A stretch of 64,000 nucleotides of DNA from an uncultured archaeon (GTDB lineage: Archaea; Aenigmatarchaeota; Aenigmatarchaeia; Aenigmatarchaeales; Aenigmatarchaeaceae): the NCBI GenBank assembly GCA_964348065.1, contig CAYGBE010000155.1, forward strand, positions 35,664 to 99,663, written 5' to 3'. The notes under the pieces are model-generated. The model worked only from the letters and a program-made list of their open reading frames with translations. It was not told the DNA's origin and did no database searches. A program made the position numbers and the translations under genes. Below are positions 57,719-64,000 of this stretch, piece by piece. Each line of letters starts with the position of its first letter. Within the stretch, counting starts at the first letter, position 1.

Positions 57719-60700
57719 ATGGTTGGTTATAGAGAAAAAATAATAATAGCAGTAGTAGTAATTGTTATTGGTTTATTAATAGGTCTTTATTTCCTTGAAA
57801 CTGCATTTGGTTTTGATTTAATAAGACACATATCAAGCCTTCCACTTGACATAGAAGATATTGAACAGCCTTTAGACATATCACAAATACCTGAATACGA
57901 AGAATATAGGGGCTCGGGACATGACGGTATGATTCTTGAAAGAGACGCTGGTGAGGATGAAATTAATAATAATTTTTTAATGGAAAGAATTCTTGTTACA
58001 GATTGTAGTGGCTGCTCTTCTTGCAATGGTGTTGATTTTGACAGTCCCCCTGATGGAGTGGTTGATGCTTATCTTTGCGATGATTGTAGTACTTGTGAAG
58101 GGATAACAGAAGCTAATAGGTTTGAAAATTGTATTGAATGTGAACCGGCTTTAGGAGATTGTTCAATCTGTGAAGACGTACAAGAAGAATATTCTTTATG
58201 TAAAGATGTAAAAAAATGCATTCTTGAGTACACAGGAAATCCAGAATATTATAAAAAATATGGTTGTATTATAAGTGAAATAGATCGCAATGAAAATGTT
58301 CATTTTGATATTAACACTCTAATAAATGTTTTATCGTCTTGCAAAAATGAATTAATAACACTTAACGTAGGTCACAATGCTACAAGAGAATTATGTTTTT
58401 TTAATAACGCATCTATATCCTATTATGATTTTGAAAGACCACAAGATTTTTATGTTAAAACTGATAAGCTGTTTTATAGGGCTTCTCTGCCTTCATTACA
58501 GTGGACTCTTTGTATTGAGGAGGGTTCAATTCTAACACCCTTTAAGCAAGTGGGGGGAGATCTTATTGAAAATTATAGAGCTTATGTGGCAATAGAAGGA
58601 AGTCCTGATGGAGAATGGGAGGTTTTTGCAGGACTTTTTGAAAACTATATCAACCCACTAACTTGTACCAATGCTGGACCTTATTACAAACTCGGGAATA
58701 TGAAAACCGATGAGAATGGTTTTGGACATGCAGAATTTATTGATTTTCCACAACAATGGAAAGATGATGTAGCAGATGATCCTGAATTAAATAGAATGAC
58801 TGGAATATTTGTAAAAAAGGTAGGAAGTGCAACATTTGACAGCGTATATGCTGCTTTTTATGCCAACGAACCTGAAAGTAGTGGAACATGGTCTGGAGAT
58901 CTTAGATATGCGAATTGTAATTTTAACACAGACCCAGAACCATATTTAGAAGAAAGACCATGGTGGGTTCTTCTTCCTGATGATTTAGATTCACCCTGGT
59001 CTCTTATTGAAGGAAACGTAGATTCATCAGTAAAGGTTTTTTATGATTCAACAATGCCTGGAGGAGGATTTTCTAAAAAACTTGATGGCGATGTAGATAA
59101 AGATGGCATGGTTAATATTCTTGATGTTTTGCTCTGTAATCTACATTGGGGTGAAGATTGGCCACCTTGTGATTGGGATAATGATGGTATAATAGGTGTA
59201 GATGACGTAATGTTTGTGGGTGCCAGATTTGGTGATACACTTGAGTTCAGTAGAGGTAATTTAAAACTATCTCTTGGAAGATTGGATACAGACTTTATGA
59301 GAAATTGTAAATTTGATATTTATATTTGTGGTCAGGAAGCATTTGCAGAATACGAAGAGGAATTGATACTAACTCTATCTGATTTTTTAATGAATTTTAA
59401 TCCTACAAATGTTTACAAAAAAAAACCAACACCCAACAATGAAATAATCATAATTTACAATTATTTTGAATTTGATTTGGATAAAGATTATACTATTGAA
59501 GAAATAGAGTCTGCAATAAAAACAGGATTTAGACTTTGGGAACAAGACCAATTTATCTTTACTAGCTATTTTACTGGTTTAGATTGGTTAAGCAGCGACA
59601 ATAATGATGGAATTTATGAAAATGATTGGTATAAAATACCCGGAGTAGTTTCATACGGTCAAGACTGTTGGAGTGCAGCTGTAGAGAATTTTATAGAAAA
59701 TAATGAAGAAAAAGCTATAATAGGTAATTGTCCTAGCGATGTTTGCGGACAAAAGTTAAAAGTTAGGGTAGCATTTAAATATAAAGAACCTAATGTAAAT
59801 GATCCATGGAAAACTCCTCTTTATCCAACAATAACATTTTGTGGTTTAGGAGCTACAGCAGCTGCTGTTTGTGGAAATGGAGTTTGTGAATCTGGAGAAG
59901 ATATTTCTAATTGTCCAGCTGATTGTTTAGCAAATAACCTAGAAGTTTTTGCATTTGAAAATAGTATTCCAGTTGGTGCAATGGTTGCAATAGGATTAGG
60001 AGATGTTAACTGGGGTGGTGTTGTTAATGATAATGATATATGGTTCTTCAATACTACTCATAATCCTAATAGTTGTTTTAATACAGCTCCAGGACATGCT
60101 AACTGGAATATTGATTGTGATATGAATTTGGATAACAGGGTAAATGCTTTGGATCAAGGAATTGTAAATGGTGCATATGGAAACACAATACCGATTTTCA
60201 CAACTACATTTGCTACTGATTTGGCTGCTGGAACATATGAACTAAGAGCAAAATATAAAAATCAGATTCAAAACAATACTAGTGTTCAAGTATTTTCAAA
60301 TCAAATAACAACAGTATACTTTAACTTTACAATAGATAACCTAGAAGTTCATGCATTTGAAAATAATATTCCAGTTGGTGCAATGGTTGCAATAGGATTA
60401 GGAGATGTTAACTGGGATGGTGTTGTTAATGATAATGATATATGGTTCTTCAATACTACTCATAATCCTAATAGTTGTATGTGGACAGCTCCAGGAGATG
60501 CTAACTGGAGTATTGATTGTGATATGAATTTGGATAATGTTATAAATTTTAGGGATATTATTATTGTAGCATTTAATTATGGGAAAACAAGACCAATTCT
60601 CACAACTACATTTGTTACTAATTTATCTATTGGAACATATGAACTAAGAGCAAAATACAAGAATCAGATTCAAAACAATACTAGTGTTGTTATACTTCCA

Positions 60701-62089
60701 GGTGAAAAAACAACAGTATACTTTAATTTTACAGCACCAATTTGTGTAGATTTTGTAAGTGAAAACGATCCGCCTGGAGCTATACCATTATCTGATTATT
60801 TAAATGCAGGTTATGAACATTGTATTCTAATACAAAATAGTAATAAGATAAACATAACTGAATTAAGCTTTTTGACCAATAGCAATAATCTTGCCACTTT
60901 CCAAGTTAGGAACACAATAATGGTATTAGGAGAACAGCAGCCTGGAAGTGTTATTGGAACAAGTTCAGAATGTAATCTGATACCTCAAACATGGGTATCA
61001 TGTCCTGTTTTTGCAGAAGTTAATAGTAATTTCTTTATATGTGAAGCAAATTCTTCAGGTCCTCCTGCAACTTGGATATATCCTGCAAGAAATTCAACTG
61101 GCACAACACCTTACGTAGCTTGGTATTATCACCCAGTTAATGGTTGGGAAAAATGGGCACCAAACCAAATGTGGGTCTTTAAATATAGATATTGTACTTC
61201 CAATCTTGTGTATGTGGCTGATGGCATATTTGGTGGTCTACGAATTATTGATGCGGCTGATTCAACTAATCCAGTTTTTGTTGGTAGTACAGACACACCA
61301 GGTTTGTGTTTTGATGTTTATGTTTCTGGAGATTATGCGTATGTGGCTGATGGTATTGGCGTTGGTGCTGGTCTAAGAATTTATGATGTAGCTGATCCAA
61401 CTAATCCAACTTTTGTTAGTAATTTAAGTTCACTATTTGGTGCTCGAGGTGTTTATGTTTCTGGAGATTATGCGTATGTGGCTGATGCATCAAATGGTCT
61501 GCGGATATTTGATGTTTCTGATCCAAGTAGTCCTGTTATTGTTGGAGGTATTATGGGCGTATTTCTTAATGACCTCTATGTGTCTGGACAGTATGCTTAT
61601 TTAGCACATGGCACTTCAGGTTTTCGTATTGTTAATGTGGCTGATCCAAGTAATCCAACTCTTGTTAGTACTATTCTTATGGGTATTGATGTTCGTGATG
61701 TTCATGTTTCTGGAAATTATGCATATTTGGCTGATAGTGATGGTTTAAAAATAGTTAACATAGCTAATAAAAACAATCCTACAGTTATTAGTAGTGTTGC
61801 AGTTCCAACTATTGCTCAAGCGATATTTTTGTCTGGACAGTATGCTTATTTAGTAGATCAAATAAATGGTCTGCGGATAGTTGATGTTTCTGATCCGAAC
61901 AACCCTGTTGTTGTTGGGAGTCGTGCAACAGGCGGGAGCGGTTGGGACGTTCATGTTTCTGGAGATTATGCATATGTTGTAGAACGTGTTGCTGGTCTGC
62001 GGATAGTTGATGTTTCTGATCCAAGTAGTCCTGTTATTGTTGGTACTTATGATGGGCCTGGCATAACTAGTGGTGTTTTTATCGTTTAG
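57719..62089 (+). CDS. giant-adhesin family paralog 4: N-terminal TM, CxxCxxC units, dockerin-like Ca-binding module, duplicated 134-aa module and eight C-terminal LVIVD repeats
   Basis: 1456 aa. CSGCSSC…CDDCSTC. DVDKDGMVNILDVLL…DWDNDGIIGVDDVMFV. Signature NCKFDIYICGQEAFAEYEEE. Eight repeats of YAY[VL]AD…GLRI[VIF]DVSDP. Confidence 0.7.
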   Translation: MVGYREKIIIAVVVIVIGLLIGLYFLETAFGFDLIRHISSLPLDIEDIEQPLDISQIPEYEEYRGSGHDGMILERDAGEDEINNNFLMERILVTDCSGCSSCNGVDFDSPPDGVVDAYLCDDCSTCEGITEANRFENCIECEPALGDCSICEDVQEEYSLCKDVKKCILEYTGNPEYYKKYGCIISEIDRNENVHFDINTLINVLSSCKNELITLNVGHNATRELCFFNNASISYYDFERPQDFYVKTDKLFYRASLPSLQWTLCIEEGSILTPFKQVGGDLIENYRAYVAIEGSPDGEWEVFAGLFENYINPLTCTNAGPYYKLGNMKTDENGFGHAEFIDFPQQWKDDVADDPELNRMTGIFVKKVGSATFDSVYAAFYANEPESSGTWSGDLRYANCNFNTDPEPYLEERPWWVLLPDDLDSPWSLIEGNVDSSVKVFYDSTMPGGGFSKKLDGDVDKDGMVNILDVLLCNLHWGEDWPPCDWDNDGIIGVDDVMFVGARFGDTLEFSRGNLKLSLGRLDTDFMRNCKFDIYICGQEAFAEYEEELILTLSDFLMNFNPTNVYKKKPTPNNEIIIIYNYFEFDLDKDYTIEEIESAIKTGFRLWEQDQFIFTSYFTGLDWLSSDNNDGIYENDWYKIPGVVSYGQDCWSAAVENFIENNEEKAIIGNCPSDVCGQKLKVRVAFKYKEPNVNDPWKTPLYPTITFCGLGATAAAVCGNGVCESGEDISNCPADCLANNLEVFAFENSIPVGAMVAIGLGDVNWGGVVNDNDIWFFNTTHNPNSCFNTAPGHANWNIDCDMNLDNRVNALDQGIVNGAYGNTIPIFTTTFATDLAAGTYELRAKYKNQIQNNTSVQVFSNQITTVYFNFTIDNLEVHAFENNIPVGAMVAIGLGDVNWDGVVNDNDIWFFNTTHNPNSCMWTAPGDANWSIDCDMNLDNVINFRDIIIVAFNYGKTRPILTTTFVTNLSIGTYELRAKYKNQIQNNTSVVILPGEKTTVYFNFTAPICVDFVSENDPPGAIPLSDYLNAGYEHCILIQNSNKINITELSFLTNSNNLATFQVRNTIMVLGEQQPGSVIGTSSECNLIPQTWVSCPVFAEVNSNFFICEANSSGPPATWIYPARNSTGTTPYVAWYYHPVNGWEKWAPNQMWVFKYRYCTSNLVYVADGIFGGLRIIDAADSTNPVFVGSTDTPGLCFDVYVSGDYAYVADGIGVGAGLRIYDVADPTNPTFVSNLSSLFGARGVYVSGDYAYVADASNGLRIFDVSDPSSPVIVGGIMGVFLNDLYVSGQYAYLAHGTSGFRIVNVADPSNPTLVSTILMGIDVRDVHVSGNYAYLADSDGLKIVNIANKNNPTVISSVAVPTIAQAIFLSGQYAYLVDQINGLRIVDVSDPNNPVVVGSRATGGSGWDVHVSGDYAYVVERVAGLRIVDVSDPSSPVIVGTYDGPGITSGVFIV
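59940..60743 (+). repeat. near-identical 402-bp direct tandem duplication inside 57719-62089 (2 x 134 codons)
   Basis: Copy 1 spans 59940-60341 and copy 2 spans 60342-60743. They share long identical stretches (ccagttggtgcaatggttgcaataggattaggagatgttaactgg…) and each encodes a dockerin-like CDMNLDN loop. Confidence 0.8.
61195..62086 (+). repeat. eight tandem LVIVD-type beta-propeller repeats (about 36-40 aa each), repetitive at the nucleotide level
   Basis: Repeated gtttctggagattatgcgtatgtggctgatg… and ggtctgcggata[gt]ttgatgtttctgatcc blocks. Confidence 0.7.
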
Positions 62090-62286
62090 CTGATAGTAGT
62101 GATGATCTAAGGATTATTGACATTTCTATTTTTTGCAGAAAAATCAAGGAATAGTAAGAATATCTACCATAGTAGCTAATGCTGATGAAAAAAATCCACT
62201 GTGGATAGTCCAAAAAATTAATAGTATAATAGCAGCAACAATTAAAGCAGCTATTAAAGCACGAGTAAAATTAATAACAGATTTCA

Positions 62287-62562
62287 TTATTGACACCTGT
62301 TATAAATACAAGTTCCACCACCACAATCTGGATCATTAGTTAAACAACCACAAAAAGTTGGTTCATTATTTATACTTAAACAATACGGACCAGTAGGTTT
62401 CGTATTACAATCTGAATTATCTCTACATTCAACCTCTTCTATTGCTAAAACAGTTCCCATCTCAACTCTTCCTGAAAATAAAAAGTTAAGATGAAATGTT
62501 AGAACTATGATAGCAAGGATTAAAGCCATAACATACCACACGTTAACTTTAAATCCTTTCAT
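62287..62562 (-). CDS. small Cys-rich pilin-like protein (91 aa) with an MKG N-terminus, opposite strand
   Basis: MKGFKVNVWYVMALILAIIVLTF followed by an 11-Cys domain (…CGCLTNDPDCGGGTCIYNRCQ). Confidence 0.45.
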   Translation of the reverse strand: MKGFKVNVWYVMALILAIIVLTFHLNFLFSGRVEMGTVLAIEEVECRDNSDCNTKPTGPYCLSINNEPTFCGCLTNDPDCGGGTCIYNRCQ

Positions 62563-62624
62563 AAAATTAATTAAAATTTTTTATATATAAAACTTTTATA
62601 CTGGATTTCACTTAATAAATATGT

Positions 62625-62975
62625 ATGAAAGGCGCTGTTGCAACAGACACTTTAGTGGCTATTGGTATAATGCTACTTATAATTTTAATACTTGCAATAA
62701 TTGCATATTTTTATATTTGGGGGCAATTTCATGAGATTTCATTAGAATCTTATATAAGTCAAAATTGTGGTGAATGGGTAAAAGAAGGATGCACTAAACG
62801 TTCTGCTTTACCTCCTGATGGTATAAGAATAGAAGTAGGAACTGAGACAAAATATTTGGGTGAATTATGTGTAGCCAATTATGGTGGAGATGTAAGTAAT
62901 TGGGAAAGTGAATTTGATAGTGACCCAAAATATTATGAAAATTGTAAAGCATTTTGTATGGGTTGTCCGGAGTGA
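62625..62975 (+). CDS. pilin/archaellin-like protein (116 aa) with a class-III-signal-like N-terminus
   Basis: MKGAVATDTLVAIGIMLLIILILAIIAYF resembles archaellin and pilin N-termini (KG then A…GTL-type hydrophobic helix). The C-terminal domain has 6 Cys. Confidence 0.55.
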   Translation: MKGAVATDTLVAIGIMLLIILILAIIAYFYIWGQFHEISLESYISQNCGEWVKEGCTKRSALPPDGIRIEVGTETKYLGELCVANYGGDVSNWESEFDSDPKYYENCKAFCMGCPE

Positions 62976-62979
62976 TAAA

Positions 62980-63288
62980 ATGAAAGGCGATTTATTAATG
63001 ACATTTGTTGTTGTTGTTGTAATAGCAATTGCTGTTTTATTGATTTGGTATTTGTGGTTACAGCTACAAAAGGGAACTGTTGATATAGTTGCAGCCCAGA
63101 ATATTTTAAGAAATTGTTGCACTGATAGAAGTAGATGGGATTGTGATATGACTAATTTAAATGTTAATTGTAATGTTCCTTGGAATGAAAATCCTGAAAC
63201 TCTACAGCAGGTAGCAACCAGAGCACAAATTGATTTAACTGACCCAAACGCACTTTGTAACTTTTGTAATTGCCAAACATGCTCATAA
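62980..63288 (+). CDS. pilin-like Cys-rich protein (102 aa), MKG N-terminus
   Basis: ATG at 62980, 4 nt after the previous stop: MKGDLLMTFVVVVVIAIAVLLIWYLW, then a 10-Cys domain. The track's longer 62908 start overlaps the upstream gene. Confidence 0.5.
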   Translation: MKGDLLMTFVVVVVIAIAVLLIWYLWLQLQKGTVDIVAAQNILRNCCTDRSRWDCDMTNLNVNCNVPWNENPETLQQVATRAQIDLTDPNALCNFCNCQTCS

Positions 63289-63301
63289 ATTAGGTGTTCT
63301 A

Positions 63302-64000
63302 ATGGTAGTAATATCACAGGCCTTGGAGATTGTAATAGGTTTAGCTATTCTTATTTTATTAGTCATGTTTTTTTTTAACATATTTGGAACACCAGAATGC
63401 AATGCTTTTGCAAATACAACTGCAGTACAACTTAAGCAAGCAATAGACAAGGTTGCTTTAGAAAATGGTGTGGCTCCTTGGCCAGGAGATGATGTTCCCC
63501 CTGATGAAAAAGGAGAATATTATGCTGCTGTTCCAATTAGACTTTGTGAACAAAGAGGAGACGCGTGGAAAGCTGCTCTCTGGGGTCATCTACCAACACA
63601 TGAAATAGTTTATGAAACATTTCCTCAAAGTGCTGGTGCATGGATGGAAAGCACGCCTTTTGGTGGGGGTGCAATGTCTTCATTAATGTTCTATGGGGCC
63701 TTGAAGATTGCCCCAAAAGCCATTAGTTGGGGCAGAACGCTTGCAGGATATGGAACAAAATTTATTAAAGGAGCAATTAAAGTTATTAATCCACTAGAAT
63801 GGGCAACACATATAGGAAGACTTCGAAGAGCTCTGGATTACGTCAGAAGAAGTAGAGCATATAAATGGTTTGCTAGAAGATTTAGTGCTTCTTCAAGATT
63901 AAGATCTGTTTTAGATAGTGTTCCGGACAGATTTAATTATAGATATTTTTCGAAAAAATGGAAAAACGTAGCAACAAGTCTAAAAAACTCAAGAGCTAGA
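63302..64000 (+). CDS. N-terminal part of a further secreted or membrane protein that runs off the window end
   Basis: ATG at 63302 preceded by AGGTG. 233 codons without a stop. Hydrophobic N-terminus (IVIGLAILILLVMFFF), then a Gly/Ala/Trp-rich domain. Composition is again GC-richer. Confidence 0.45.
   Translation, partial: MVVISQALEIVIGLAILILLVMFFFNIFGTPECNAFANTTAVQLKQAIDKVALENGVAPWPGDDVPPDEKGEYYAAVPIRLCEQRGDAWKAALWGHLPTHEIVYETFPQSAGAWMESTPFGGGAMSSLMFYGALKIAPKAISWGRTLAGYGTKFIKGAIKVINPLEWATHIGRLRRALDYVRRSRAYKWFARRFSASSRLRSVLDSVPDRFNYRYFSKKWKNVATSLKNSRAR

Noticed and set aside
62133-62339. TTG-initiated 68-aa ORF downstream of the 1456-aa gene
   Set aside because: Non-ATG start and a low-complexity product. 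It overlaps the better-supported minus-strand MKG gene (62287-62562). The only notable content of the region is the out-of-frame LVIVD remnant, reported separately.
1-64000. Search for CRISPR arrays, rRNA, IS elements or integrases
   Set aside because: No regularly spaced direct repeats, no GC-rich structured-RNA islands beyond the two tRNAs, and no transposase- or integrase-like ORFs were seen. The composition island at 39.7-48 kb has no recognisable mobility genes in this window.

Overview
The window is AT-rich (roughly 27-30% GC in most genes) and gene-dense, and it looks archaeal. Archaeal markers include a PCNA sliding clamp, deoxyhypusine synthase, diphthine synthase, ScpA/ScpB with an SMC protein, a flavin-dependent thymidylate synthase (ThyX)-like gene, geranylgeranyl reductase, an intron-containing initiator tRNA-Met and a FlaI/FlaJ-type secretion ATPase pair. 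The short genes, frequent ATGA stop/start overlaps, a half-size SMC and a minimal hydrogenase point to a small-genome archaeon, possibly DPANN-like, but lineage is inference only.

The first ~39 kb is mostly housekeeping. It holds a thyX-glyA-tmk cluster, SMC with ScpA and ScpB, aspartyl-tRNA synthetase, RNase HII, two Trm5/Tyw2-type methyltransferases, an AMMECR1-domain protein, and a divergent calcium-transporter pair. It also holds a minimal Ech-type group-4 [NiFe] hydrogenase cluster with a HypC-like chaperone, a HycI-type protease and an initiator tRNA-Met nearby. Two large cysteine-rich secreted proteins sit in this part as well (4104-5732 and 19602-22739).

The most interesting part runs from ~39.7 kb to the window end at 64 kb. 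It begins with a compositionally distinct island of about 38-45% GC whose proteins are rich in Ala, Gly and Val. This island holds a tandem array of paralogous small 4-TM membrane proteins with a conserved membrane Glu motif and two divergent coiled-coil proteins. Next come a secretion-ATPase gene (FlaI/TadA/VirB11 family) and a FlaJ/TadC-like polytopic membrane gene. Downstream are four paralogous giant Cys-rich extracellular proteins (508-1456 aa) whose N-termini resemble class III (type IV pilin-like) signal peptides, M-K-[GA] followed directly by a long hydrophobic helix. Three small MKG-prefixed pilin-like proteins lie among and after them. The giant proteins carry a PKD domain, Myxococcus-type Cys repeats, CxxCxxC arrays, a dockerin-like module, a 402-bp tandem duplication and eight LVIVD beta-propeller repeats, with a vestigial out-of-frame ninth repeat after the stop.

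Taken together this looks like a previously uncharacterised type-IV-pilus-like surface and adhesion system. No rRNA, CRISPR array or obvious mobile element was seen.
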